Assembly (NCBI GenBank): GCA_051294905.1
Contig: CM119371.1
Location: 15,254,001-15,318,000, forward strand
Direction: 5' to 3'
Source of the DNA: Botryllus schlosseri
Lineage: Eukaryota
Length of the DNA: 64,000 nt
Below, piece after piece: positions 1 through 13,250 of this stretch (positions are counted from its first letter, which is position 1; every line of letters starts with the position of its first letter). The notes below the pieces were generated by a model, which saw only the letters and a list, made by a program, of their open reading frames with translations, was not told where the DNA came from and did no database searches. The position numbers and the translations under genes are program-made.

Positions 1-370
1 GTTCATCATCATCGTCATTGGTTTATTAGCAATTTTATTAGTTCAATACACCACAAAAAATGCGATACAATGAACAGACAGGAAGTTACTGGAAAAGATG
101 AAGCGTTTTGGTTATCCCGAGGCTGCTGCTCGACAACTCGCAGGTGTGCCTGCAACATCCTCTCGATCAAAATGAGTTTTCAGCCAAGGATGCACAAGAG
201 CTGTTTAGCGCGAAAGAGAGAGAGATAGTTTCAATAAGCGAGCCAAGTTTGGTCTACAGACGTTAAATTTTTTCTCATTCCGAATTTTCATTCAATATTT
301 GCGAATTAACTAATTCTAATCTAACTTGTAGAGCTTCTTGGAGGTACAGAACTTCAATATACATTTGAAC

Positions 371-1219
371 AGTCTATCCATGTTGAAATGAACCCGAATA
401 TTTTCGGCTGACGCTCGTCAGGGGTAATCGTCAGCAACTAGTTGAGTATCGGAAAGAGCGTTGTATATCAACAATCGTATCACAAAATATGACGTCACCT
501 GCATGAAATTTCGAATGAGAGAGCGTTCAATGTACTATTTTTAGGTGGTACATGAACCCCTTTTGTTGACAGAGTTTTGGTTGGTGTATTTTGATAAAAG
601 TCGACTCCAAGGCACGCAAATGGAGATGTGAACATCCCCTTCCAACGACGTGAAATCTGTCGTCTCGATAATTACTCGCACAAATCGGATTATTCAACAA
701 ATGTTTGCTGATCGCAGAATCAGATCATCGGGATCGTGACAGCGTCCGCAGGAACGCATAAACAAGCGTGTCCCCAGATTTATCAGATCACATGTAACAC
801 GCTAGGTTAGAAGCTCACCCTTAACTCATCCGCCTAAACTTTATGCTGACCTATCGAAGGCCATTAATTCTGCCATCAGCAAACATCTGCTGGATAATCC
901 AATTTGTGCGAATAATTATCGAGACGACAGATTTCGCATCGTTGGAAGGGGATGTTCACACTTTTATTTGTGTGCCTTGGAGTCGACTTTTATCAAAATA
1001 CACCAACCAAAACTCTGTCAACAAAAGGGGTTCGTGTACCACTCAAAAAACAGTACATTGAACGCTGTCCCATTCGAAATTTCATGCTGGTGACGTCATA
1101 TTTTGTGATACGATTGTTGATATACAACGTTCTTTCCAATTCTCTACTAGTTGCTGACGATTACCCCTGACGAGTGTCAGCTGAAAATATTCGGGTTCAT
1201 TTCAATATGAATATACTAT
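371..1219. mobile_element. Foldback MITE with ~350-bp inverted arms (copy 1)
   Basis: 371-720 is the reverse complement of ~867-1219 (ttgaaatgaacccgaatattttcggctg... / ...cagctgaaaatattcgggttcatttcaa) with a ~146-bp spacer. Single arms also at 32166-32312, 39903-40151 and 42350-42710. Superfamily not assigned. Confidence 0.9.
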
Positions 1220-1428
1220 TCAATCTAATTTGGAAAAAATCGTGCAATAATAAATCTAATCTAATTTGGTAAAACTGTGTAGCTCTAATTCTAATCCAAA
1301 TCTCATTCGAAAAACCGTATATCCCTAATTCGAATCCTAATATATCATTTAAAACGGAAGATTTTCTAGTTTTCCAAGTCTGGTCTCAGAAGCAATTTGG
1401 CTGTTGACCAGCAAAATCTCATACTGAC

Positions 1429-3819
1429 CTTCATATCCATATTCAGGTGCCGAGGGTGGCTTTGGCGCAGCCCCGTTCCCACCAGATGATGGCGAGACGG
1501 GCCTTTTCCCGCTTTCAATATCTCGACTGGAAGAGCCCCTTGGTGGGGATCCTGGAATGCGGTTGCTGGAATCTGAATAGGGCATTACTTCTGATGATTC
1601 GAGTACTGGAATTATACGATCCTTGTCACTGAGACAGAATTTAGCAACAAAAATCATACTTTTCATAATATAGTGAAATCCTTGATACCTATTTTGAGGT
1701 TGGTTTCAATGCTCTGACCAGATTCGGGTTCATTTCAATATGAATACACCATTCGATTGTATTTCGAAGTTCTGTACCTCCATGAAGCTCTTGAGATTTT
1801 AATATGTATTTTCGAAATAGGTGCAACACTAGCTATTGATTGAGTCAAGTTTGATTGAATTTTATCGCTCGTGTTCCCGGCTATAGGACTTCCCACAACG
1901 CTAAATTTGCCATGCTCATCGGTCAACTACACTGCGCATGTGCATGTGAGCATGATGACAGGAGCTGCATATCTATCGTTAGGTTGGTTATCTATACTCC
2001 TACGGTTGGACTTACCTTTTGAAATCTGTTGAACCGTGGGTTCTGCTGCCGAGGTAAGAGAGTCCAATAAGGTTTGCACATGTTTCGCTTTCTCTTCCTG
2101 GGACCGTTCGGTCTCCTCACACCTGCTACTAACAAAAATTGACATATAGCAATTTTCGAAAATGAATCAAAATTCACAAACACATATAATTTACAGCATA
2201 TTTCGCAAGCATTTTCATACTTTGAGGTGATGGGAACGAAGGGGAAAAATAGGGTGTTTCAAAAACAGGATGTTTTAAATTATATCGGATTTATCGGGCT
2301 AAATCTATTCACAAATGCCTCTCCTGCAGGAATCAGATAATCTCGCACATATCAACAACTCTACACTCATGTACAAAGCCCCGCCAATGTCGAAGCGGGA
2401 TTTCGCATCATTTCGCATTTAAATTAGTAGCGACCTCAACTTGATACCATACAACTGAACCCTTTTGACAAATGGTAATGTATCCCGTCAGAATATGTTA
2501 TACCCAACATTGGTAGGTTCTGCACTGTGAACCTTTTTCATATATTACAATTTAAGCTTCATTATAAGATCTTTGGTTGAAATTGATTGCATTTCAATTG
2601 CGGTCCACTCTATGCATGGCGCTGGCAGCGTAAAAAAAATCACCATCAAACGAGCATGCACCTTGACAATCTCAAAATTTTCTGCTGTGAGATTGACCCG
2701 CCATCACACAACGTCAAAAGCAAAATACACTACATATAGGTAGTCGGCCAATGATGTTCATCCAACCAATTAACGAAATTGATATCGTTGTTTGATGTAC
2801 AAAATCTAGCAGGCGTACATGGTCAATCTTGACTTCATATATATATTGTACTATAAAAACCAAATCCGTGTAATTGGGGTGTTGGCTACTACTGTGTAAC
2901 TTGTGAATGGGGTAATATTAGCATCAAGTATAGAAACCCGCTTTGCACTCTGATCAATGAATGTCACACGCCGAATACATTGTCTGGACTGACCTAGACC
3001 GTTACGGTGTAAGCTAATATTCCTTGCAAGTCGTCGTCGAATTTGTTGGCAAAGCGACGACAGATATTGATTTCATGGGATCATTATATTATTTGATTGC
3101 CCCAGTTGATACATTTGGCGATATTTAAAACGTCAATATGTATTTCAGCATTGTAGCATTTTGTGGCCCGACTCGTCTCTAGGCATCGTGTACAACTTAT
3201 ACATTTGTATACGCTATCACTTCACTGAAATGTTGGGTTGGAACTAGCAATATGACGTCATGAGGTTCACGTTCGCGTTCACACAGAACCTTTTAAAAAG
3301 GTTCACGACACGAATCTGAACCTTTCAAAGGTTCACACCATCCCCATTCTCTACGAAGTACAACAATTTTATTCTAATATTTCTTACTGAGATTTTTCTC
3401 GTGCCAGGCAGGAATTGCTACGATAGGAAATCACATTTATACAATGTGTGTGCAATGTGAATACGGAATGCGACATAGGACAATTTCATCCCGGTCTGTG
3501 TCAAACTTTCCGCAAGTAGAATATGCCATTGTTGGGATAGATTTTAGTTGGGCGTCAAATATCGCCGATAAAAACTCCAGCAGAAAATTTTTAAAAACTC
3601 TTTCACCTGGGAAGAAATTTCTTTTTTAGTTGACGCACGCCTCCTGGTAGTAGGTTACCCATAGAATACGAGTCGTCGTTCGAGACCTCACTTTCGGTGT
3701 AGGAAATCTCATCACCTGAAAAAATACGCATGTTCTATCCATCCGCCCAAGATCATAGAAGGGAGACCAACGTCAAGTCATACGCACCTTCGCCCTCGCA
3801 TTCCTTGGATTCCTGGACC
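1429..3819 (-). CDS. Unit F (E1, E2, E4, E5; E3 deleted; presumably continues beyond the left edge)
   Basis: Exons 3788-3819, 3607-3715, 2016-2122, 1429-1572; E2 (ends phase 2) joins E4 (starts phase 2) in frame. Confidence 0.7.
2510..3346. mobile_element. hAT-like MITE lacking its left end (GAGGTTCACG family)
   Basis: Ends aggttcacaccatcccca. Colinear with the element starting tagggatggtgtgaac at ~62063-63100 and with the right end at ~34290-34478. Confidence 0.8.
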
Positions 3820-4808
3820 CTGTTTGTAAATAGGGAGGTTAAAATCGAACTAATAAAACTGTAAAGACGCTTCACTGGTACTCGAAACTGCCAATAGACA
3901 GCATTGGATAATAATGACAATGACATGAGTCATCGAACATGAATCGAGAAATGATTCCAACGTTTCAAGCCAAATATGACTTGATGAATATTTCAAGGAC
4001 CGAAACTATATGCTCATTGCCAGCAAGAGTTAATTTGTCTCGAGCCTTCTCAAGCAAGATTGGTCGTATTGAAGCATACAAAACTAACGTTGGCGGAACA
4101 AAGACATCTGTGAAGTCCAAATGACTCGGCATTTTCACCAAGGGCAATTGAATAGGCGTTGAAACAATGAGCGGGAGGGCGGCTGAAATCCAAGAATATT
4201 TGAAGCACTAAATCTTCATTTATTGGAGTCCTATTAGTTCGTCGTGGGGAGGTCGCCGTCCATCAACAATAAAGTCTATTTCACCAGGCTGTACACAGCT
4301 CGGGAGGCAGCGACCAAGACAAGCTCTGCAGTATCCTGAATACATTTTTATGATCCTAATAAAAATTGTGTCCGTGAGTAAAAAAGAGATTTTAAAATGT
4401 ATCATATTCACCATTGTTTGGAATGATGACGGCGAATTATTATTATTATTGATAATTAACCGACACTTTCTCATCGTCAAATACCAATACATCCACTGAG
4501 CTCCATGTATTAACAATGTAATTCACTGCTTTCAATTCAGAAATACAATTAATGAACCGCGGGATATACTCTTAAATTTATGACTCGGCCCGCCAAGCAA
4601 TTTTCTGCTTTCATTTGACACGAGGGGAAAACAATTGCATAACCCAGCCATATTGAATGTCTCCGGTCATATGACTTGGTCAGGTTAATACACAAAGAGT
4701 TACGTCATTATCCATGAATAACAAAATGACTCGAGTCAAGTCAGAGAAAAATTGCAACTCGAGTCACTACAACCAAGGGCAAAACTTTTTTACTGAGTAC
4801 AACCTCAC

Positions 4809-7800
4809 CTTGTTGACTTGGCCTTGGGTGTCGACTTGGACATGGCCTTCCCAGCAGGTTTTGCAGTTGGCTCCCGTGAACTGTGATCTGTCGTTGATTC
4901 TGCAACTGAATTTTGGTATCAAATATTTCCAATACTATATGTCCGCGACATTTTGAAGGACGCAATAAACCGTACAGTCATAATAGTTATTGACAAATAA
5001 AATACCCACGCTGGCATAGTAGCTTGTAGCCTGCAAACAACTTCTAGTTTTGATCACAAACAGAACAGCACCGAAGAAAATATCATAGTTAACACAGGCT
5101 CTCAGCTACATCAAGAAAAAAGAGGAATATTGTTTCAAATCTGTCCAAAGAAAATATATTTGGGAATGAAGTGGAAAGATATTTCGCAGCAGACCTTGAG
5201 AGCGTGGAATTTGATGTTTTGAGTTACTGGAAAAGAGAAATAATTTTGCTCATCCCAAGGCTGATGCTTGAGAACTCGTAGGTGTACCTGCAACATTATC
5301 TCTATCAAAGAGAGAACTGTATAGCGCGAAAGAGAGAGAGATAGTTTCAATAAACAAGCCAAGTTTGGTGTACGGACGTTAAATTTTTTCTCATTCGGAA
5401 TTTCAGTCAATATTTGCGAATTAACTAATTCTAATCTAACTTGTAGAGCTTCTTGGAGGTACAGAACTTCAATATACATTTGAACAGTCTATCCATGTTG
5501 AAATGAACCCGAATATTTTCGGCTGACACTCGTCAGGGGTAATCGTCAGCAACTAGTTGAGTATCGGAAAGAGCGTTGTATATCAACAATCGTATCACAA
5601 AATATGACGTCACCTGCATGAAATTTCGAATGAGAGAGCGTTCAATGTACTATTTTTAGGTGGTACATGAACCCCTTTTGTTGACAGAGTTTTGGTTGGT
5701 GCATTTTGATAAAAGTCGACTCCAAGGCACACAAATGGAAATGTGAACATCCCCTTCCAACGACGTGAAATCTGTCGTCTCGATAATTACTCGCACAAAT
5801 CGGATTATTCAACAAATGTTTGCTGATCGCAGAATCAGATCATCGGGATCGTGACAGCGTCCGCAGGAACGCATAAACAAGCGTGTCCCCAGATTTATCA
5901 GATCACATGTAACACGCTAGGTTAGAAGCTCACCCTTAACTCATCCGCCTAAACTTTATGCTGACCTATCGAAGGCCATTAATTCTGCCATCAGCAAACA
6001 TCTGCTGGATAATCCAATTTGTGCGAATAATTATCGAGACGACAGATTTCGCATCGTTGGAAGGGGATGTTCACACTTTTATTTGTGTGCCTTGGAGTCG
6101 ACTTTTATCAAAATACACCAACCAAAACTCTGTCAACAAAAGGGGTTCGTGTACCACTCAAAAAACAGTACATTGAACGCTGTCCCATTCGAAATTTCAT
6201 GCTGGTGACGTCATATTTTGTGATACGATTGTTGATATACAACGTTCTTTCCAATTCTCTACTAGTTGCTGACGATTACCCCTGACGAGTGTCAGCTGAA
6301 AATATTCGGGTTCATTTCAATATGAATATACTATTCAATCTAATTTGGAAAAAATCGTGCAATAATAAATCTAATCTAATTCGGTAAAACTGTGTAGCTC
6401 TAATTCTAATTCAAATCTCATTCGAAAAACCGTATATCCCTAATTCGAATCCTAATATATCATTTAAAACGGAAGATTTTCTAGTTTTCCAAGTCTGGTC
6501 TCAGAAGCAATTTGGCTGTTGACCAGCAAAATCTCATACTGACCTTCATATCCATATTCAGGTGCCGAGGGTGGCTTTGGCGCAGCCCCGTTCCCACCAG
6601 ATGATGGCGAGACGGGCCTTTTCCCGCTTTCAATATCTCGACTGGAAGAGCCCCTTGGTGGGGATCCTGGAATGCGGTTGCTGGAATCTGAATAGGGCAT
6701 TACTTCTGATGATTCGAGTCGAGTACTGGAATTATACGATCCTTGTCACTGAGACAGAATTTAGCAACAAAAATCATACTTTTCATAATATAGTGAAATC
6801 CTTGATACCTATTTTCAGGTTGGTTTCAATGCTCTGACCAGATTCGGGTTCATTTCAATATGAATACACCATTCGATTGTATTTCGAAGTTCTGTACCTC
6901 CATGAAGCTCTTGAGATTTTAATATGTATTTTCGAAATAGGTGCAACACTAGCTATTGATTGAGTCAAGTCTGATTGAATTTTATCGCTCATGTTCCCAG
7001 CTATAGGACTACCAATAACGCTGAATTTGCCATGCTCATCGGTCAACTACACTGTGCATGTGAGCATGATGACAGGAGCTGCATATCTATCGTTAGGTTG
7101 GTTATCTATACTCCTACAGTTAGACTTACCTTTTGAAAGCTGTTGAACCGTGGGTTCTGCCGCCGAGGTAAGAGAGTCCAATAAGGTGTGCACACGTTTC
7201 GTTTTCTCTTCCTGGGGCCGTTCGGTCTCCTCACACCTGCTACTAACAGAATGACTTGTGGCGATTTTCGAGATAAATTCAGTTACCGTAACACATATAT
7301 ATCACAGCATATTTCGCAAGCATGTTTCATAATTTGAGGTGATGCAAACAAACATATCACAACCAGGCGTGTATCCAACAGAGAAAAAAGGGGCCTTTCG
7401 AGAACAGGATGTTATAAATTATATCGGATTTATCGGGCTAAATATAAGCACAAACGCCTCTACTGCGGAATCAGATAATCTCGCACACAATAAATACACT
7501 ACAGGCATATACATAACCCAGTCAATGTTGTAGCGGGAGACCTTATAATTTCGCATTCAAATAAGTAGCAACCTTAACTTGATACCATACAACAGAAGCA
7601 GTTTCACAAATGGTAATGTATCCCGTAGCACACCCACCGAACCCAGTTGAATTATCATGATATAGCACCACTGTGGTTATCGTAGATAACAGCAGAAAGA
7701 GAAACACAGAGATAATTTGACCCTAATTACCAAATGCGAAGCAGCGCGATAAAGTTATAACACAAAGATCTTGCCATTTTACGTTCAATTAAGAAAATGA

Positions 7801-8034
7801 TTTTCGTTTCCGTATCAAATCAGATTTCACAAATTAAAATGTTCAATGCGGAATCTGTTATGTATTTATAAAATTGACCATGAATTAGCTCGGCTGTTGG
7901 AATAACAACTGCCCACCTTGCTGATGTTCTGGTACTGGGGCCTGCCAAATCCTGCTGTTCTCTCACCGCCCCGGCAAAGGGGCTGCGTCCATCATCTCCA
8001 TCGGAAAGAGTTTTCAGCAAAGGATGCAAGAGAG
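4809..8034 (-). CDS. Unit E (chimeric E3*, E4, E5, short E6)
   Basis: Exons 7917-8034 (118 nt, ALLHPLLKTLSDGDDGRSPFAGAVREQQDLAGPSTRTSAR), 7130-7236, 6544-6687, 4809-4905; open frame. Confidence 0.7.
5486..6334. mobile_element. Foldback MITE (copy 2, duplicated with the array unit)
   Basis: Nearly identical to 371-1219 at offset 5115. Confidence 0.9.
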
Positions 8035-8497
8035 CTGTATAGTGGAAAAAAGAGAGAGAGTTTCATTAAACCAGTCAAGCTTGGTGTGCAAGATGTTAAT
8101 CAATTTCATGTTGATTTGCTATGGTTGCTGCGGTATTTCATTCATATTTACGTATTAACTAATTCTAATGTAATTTGGAAAAATTGTGTAGCTGTAATTC
8201 TAATACTAATCTAATTTGAAGAAAAATGTATGTCTCTAATTCTAATTTAATTTAGAAAAACAGTGTAACTCCAATTTCTAATACTTATCTAATTTGGAAA
8301 AAAATTGTGTGATTCTAATTCTAATCTCATTTGGAAGAGCTGTGTGGCTCTAATTCTATTCCAATTCGAACAAAAAAGTGTGTATCTTTAATTCTAATTG
8401 TAATTCAAATCCATTTCGTGAAACTGAAGATTTTCTAGTTTTCCAAGTCTGGTCTCAAAAGCAATTTGGCTGTTGACCAGCGTAATCTTATACTGAC

Positions 8498-11400
8498 CTT
8501 CATGTCCATGTTCAAGTGTCGAATGAGGCTCTGGCGCAGCCTCGCTCCCTCCAGATGATGGCGAGACGGGCCTTTTCCCGCGTCTAATACCTTGCCTGGA
8601 ACAACCCCTTCGCGGCGATCGTGGAATGCGGTTACTGGAATCTGAATGGAGTGTTTATTCTGATGATTCGAGCCGAGTAATGAAAATATACGATCCTTCA
8701 CTAAGAGTGAATTTATCAACGAGAATAATAGTTTTCATAATAAAGTGGAATCCTTGAAACCTCGGTAGTTCGTAACACAGCGTATGATACACGTCGTACA
8801 AATCCATGCAAGTAGAGAAAACGACATTTCTCTGAAGTCATGATCAACCCGCAGAATTATCACCAAACTTGAACAAACTATCGGTACCAATCTTTGGAAT
8901 GATCCTCATGTTCAGACTTTGAGAGCTTTTTAAGGTTGGTTTCAATCATTGGCCAGTGTTGGGATCAAGTCACTACCTTCGAGTCACGAGTCATTTCGAG
9001 TCATTGCACATTTTGACTCGAGCCAAGTCACTTGAATTTTGGAGGTGACTCGAGTCAAGTCGAGTCGAGTCAAGTCAAGCCACGAGTCAAGTCACAATTC
9101 AAGTCAAGTTGCCTTTTCGAAGTATGAGGCATGCTTACGTCAATGCATTTTGCTAGCTGTCTGAAATACAGATTGAGTGGTTATTGATGCTGGATCTATG
9201 AACAAATATAGAGTGAAATAGAAACGCAAGAAGGCGCTTTATTACTCACATATACGTAGAAATGCTTAACTACGTAAGTATAATTGCATACCCTCTGATT
9301 ATTATAGTTACCAGCCAAAATAGAGAATAGAGAGACGAGTTGATAAGATGCAATACATTGCCCATTTACAAATTGATATGATACAATTCCAGTCTGCGTC
9401 GATGGTTGCTGGATGTGTAAATTATATTGGAATTCAATTTCAATAAAACAGGAGGCTTGGTTAAGTTAGGAACAGAGAACAGAAGTACACATTTGCTATT
9501 TAATTACTTTACTATACTAGTTTACGGCAACGTTAGCTGTAAGCTTTGATCACTTCGTTTGTGATCAATTTATTTGTGAGGGAACAATGGAGGCTCAGTA
9601 AAACGCACGATCATTGAATGATTGGTCGCTCTCATGGGTTACACCATCTTTTCGCGTATAATCCGAACGTATGCAAGATACAATGATTATTATCAACATC
9701 GATTGCTTGATGACTCGAAATTGACTCGTGAATTTTGCTCCGAGTCTCGAGTCAATCCACATTTCTGATACGCCGAGTCAAGTCAAGTCAAGTCATTTTA
9801 GCAAAGTGACTCGAGTCAAGTCAAGTCATACAAAAAAGGTGACTCGAGTCTGACTCGAGTCATCCCAACACTGTCATTGGCCAGATTTTAATATGTATTT
9901 TTGAAATAAATACAATACTAGCTTTCGATTAAGTCAACCTTGATTAAATTGTAGCGCTCGCGTTGCCAGCAATAGGACTACCGTAACTTTCCAAGTATAG
10001 TACGCCCCCATGGATAATGCGCATACTTAAAATGACATGCAAATTCTGGAAAAAAGCCTGCACCCATGTATAGTACACACACTGCATTCACAGTACATGA
10101 ATAGTTGTGTTTTGGTATACGATGTTATTGTGTTGGTGGTGTCACTGTTCAACAATCATGACGTAACGATCGCTGATCATTCAACAGTTAGCGGCATGGT
10201 CTCTAAATGATAGTAGATAGCAGATAAAGCCTGCGATAGTTCAGACCAGCGACAAGACATCTTGCGCACGAGGCCTATTACAGATGCGATTGCTCAGTCC
10301 TACGTTTATCTCGTGCGCACCAGGAATGTTGGAGATGCGATAAATTAGCGAGGATTGCTGAGCAGGTAAGGAGCAATCAATGACCTAATTTCACTCGCGT
10401 ACAAACGGCTAACCAACTTAACAGGAGATCACACGCTGTTGTGCAGTGCAGACGCTTCTCAGTAATTGGCAGCGCGTAACACTGATAATACGAATTACTG
10501 GGCACGATTGCTGAATGTGATGCGCGATTAATACGAACATGAGGAAAGGCGTGATTTCAAGTGTTATTTCGAGGGAGATTTTTTTAATGCTTGTTGCACC
10601 CGTGCACCCTCGATTTTAGGACTAAAAATCTGTAAAATTTTGTGCATTATACAGAGAAAATTTCGGTACTAATAATGCTGATTTTGCCCAGCTCAGCAGT
10701 CAACCGCATTGTACATGTGAGCGTGACGACAGGAGCCACTTATCCATCTTTATGTTGATAATCTATACTCCTACAGTTAGACTCACTTCTCGAAACCTGT
10801 TCTGCTGGCGGGAGAAAACTGTTTTGGTGCCGCTCTTGTGCTGCAGAGAGAAGAGAGTCCAATAAGGCCTGCAAAGGTTTCGTTATCCCTCCCATAGATG
10901 GTACAGTTTCCTCACACCTGCCATTTACAAAAAGTGACTTGTAGCAATTTTCCAAAATAAATTTCGTTACTGTAACACAGGGGTGGGCAAACTTTCGAGC
11001 TCGCGGGCCGCATTCAACATTTGAATCCATTCGCGGGCCGCACTATATAAAATTAGGATTATAAACTAAAACGCAGTATTGGTATTTGATTATATAGTGA
11101 GGACATGTATACTTATTTAAAACAATCCAAACATTGCTTTGATGATATCGTACACGCGTCAGAAACAGTGACGAGATTTCATAGGCTGGTCGACCTCAAT
11201 AACCAATTTGTTAAAACTATAGAGATGGAAGACGGTTGTCCTGATTCTTAGATCAGGATTGAATTTTATATCTGTGAAGAGAGATCTGTTCATAGATTGA
11301 CTAATTCCACTTTTGGTTCAGTTCGAGGAAATACAATGCTGACAGCATTCGTAACCATGTTAGCTTCAAACACGCTTCTACCATATGTGTGGATAAAACA

Positions 11401-12872
11401 TGAATACCATAATTTTACGCATACAGAGAACGAATCTACCAAAGACATGCGCGAATCGTTTTTTTATAAGCACATCACTGAAATATTTAAAACTGGAGTG
11501 GTCAATCTGAAATCACACTCGGAATCCGAATTATGTCAATCTCGATTAGGACTTCTGTGATGAGTAGAAGCTGCAACCTTTTAAACTGCGTGGGACTTGA
11601 GATCGGGCTGTAACGCCAGAAATTAAACATAAAAAATAATATAGGAAGCATTTACAATGGAACATGTGGTTCTCAAACTTTTCAAGACCTCCTCTTATGA
11701 TGGTAAAAGATTCCGCGCTCCCCTAATAGCGTCATATCACAAAATGAAACCAGGATGCTAGCAATCCTAATTCCTAACTGGTAGTTTGATGGCATGGAAG
11801 GTTACGACTGTGGATGAGAAATTTGTGAATATGAAATTTAGACTAAATACAGAGCAATAAATCTGAATGAGATGTTTATTTTTTAGTTGATCTCAGCTAT
11901 GCGCCTCCCTTCAGATGCTTTCACGCCCCCAAGGAGGTGCGCCGCCGCCAGTTTGAGATCCACTGCCTTAGAATTATCATGGTGAAATATACCAAGCAAA
12001 AGTTAAATCAAGTCCCTGCAATGATGCGATTTTTAATACGCATTTGATCAATATTTTTAATAAGTTTCTTTAGACTCTCGCGGGCCGCACAGAACGGTGT
12101 GGAGGGCCGCATGCGGCCCGCGGGCCGTAGTTTACCCACCCCTGCTGTAACACATATTTCGCAGCATATTTCACAAGCATGTTTTGTACTTTGAGGTTAT
12201 ACAGAACAACATACCACCACCAGGCGCGTAGTAAAGGGAGAAAAATAGGGGGTGTTTTGATACAGGATTTTTTAAATTATATCGGATTTATCGGGCTAAA
12301 TATATGCACAAACGCCTCTACTGCAGGAACCAGATAATCTCGCACATATCAACTCCGCCAATGTTGTAGCCGGAGACGTTATGATTTCGCATTCAAATAA
12401 GAAGGGGCCTTGACTTGATTTCATACAACAGAACCCGATTTTTCAATCTTTTTTATTCCGGCCCGTAGCACACCCACGGAACCCAGTTGTATCATTAAGA
12501 TAAAGCACAACTTAGGTAAGCGAAGATAACAGCAAAAACAGAAACGAAGACATAATTTGTCCTTGATTACCAAAAGAGAAGCAGCCCGATCAAGTTACAA
12601 CACAAAGATCTTGCCATTTTTCGGTCAAACAAGAACATGATTCCAATTCCGCATCAAATCAGATTTCACAAATAAAATGTTCAATGAGGAATCTGTTATG
12701 TACTGATAAAATCTAAGATGAATTAGTTCGTTTGTTGGAATACCAACTGCCTACCTTGCTGATGTTCTGGCACTCGGACCTGCCAAATCCTCCTGTTCTC
12801 TCATCGCCGCGGCAAAGAGACTGCTTTCCTCATCTCCATAGAAAAGAGTTTTCAGCCAAGGTAGCAAGACAA
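8498..12872 (-). CDS. Unit D (chimeric E3*, extended E4, E5)
   Basis: Exons 12755-12872 (118 nt, phase 1-2), 10787-10917 (131 nt = 107+24), 8498-8641; open frame. Confidence 0.65.
8954..9873. mobile_element. hAT MITE with GAGTC/AAGTC subterminal repeats
   Basis: TIR cagtgttgggat...atcccaacactg; exact 8-bp TSD tcattggc. Relatives at ~36063, ~42918-43584, ~52590-53035 and ~60125-60372. Confidence 0.92.
9981..10666. mobile_element. Tc1/pogo-like MITE in a TA target (unit D)
   Basis: ta|ccgtaactttcc...gaaaatttcgg|ta; absent from the homologous site in units A, E and F. Confidence 0.75.
10978..12144. mobile_element. hAT (Charlie-like) MITE with a nested second MITE
   Basis: TIR caggggtgggcaaac...gtttacccacccctg, exact TSD ctgtaaca, subterminal gcgggccgc motifs; nested gtggttctcaaact...agtttgagatccactg at ~11663-11966. 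Confidence 0.9.
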
Positions 12873-13250
12873 CTGTATAGTGGGAAATAGAGAGAGAGTT
12901 TCATTAAACCAGCCAAGCTTGGTGTCACGACGTTAATCAATTTCATGTTTGATTTGCGATGGGCTGAACTTGATTTTTGCTGCTAATTCTTTCTCATTCG
13001 CAATTTCATTCATATTTGCGAATTAACTAATTCTAATCTAATTTGGAAAAATTGTGTAGCAGTAATTCTAATCCTAATCTGATTTGGAAGAAATGTGTAG
13101 CTCTAATTCCATTCCGATTCGATCAAAAAAGTGTGTATCTTTATTTCTAATTGTAATTCAAATCCATTTAGTGAAACTGAGGATTTTCTAGTTTTCCAAG
13201 TCTGGTCTCAGAAGCAATTTGGCTGCTGACCAGCGTAATCATATACTGAC

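Noticed and set aside
843..1170. Duplicated 72-aa ORFs (also 5958-6285)
   Set aside because: They lie within the foldback MITE arm; identity reflects the recent duplication.
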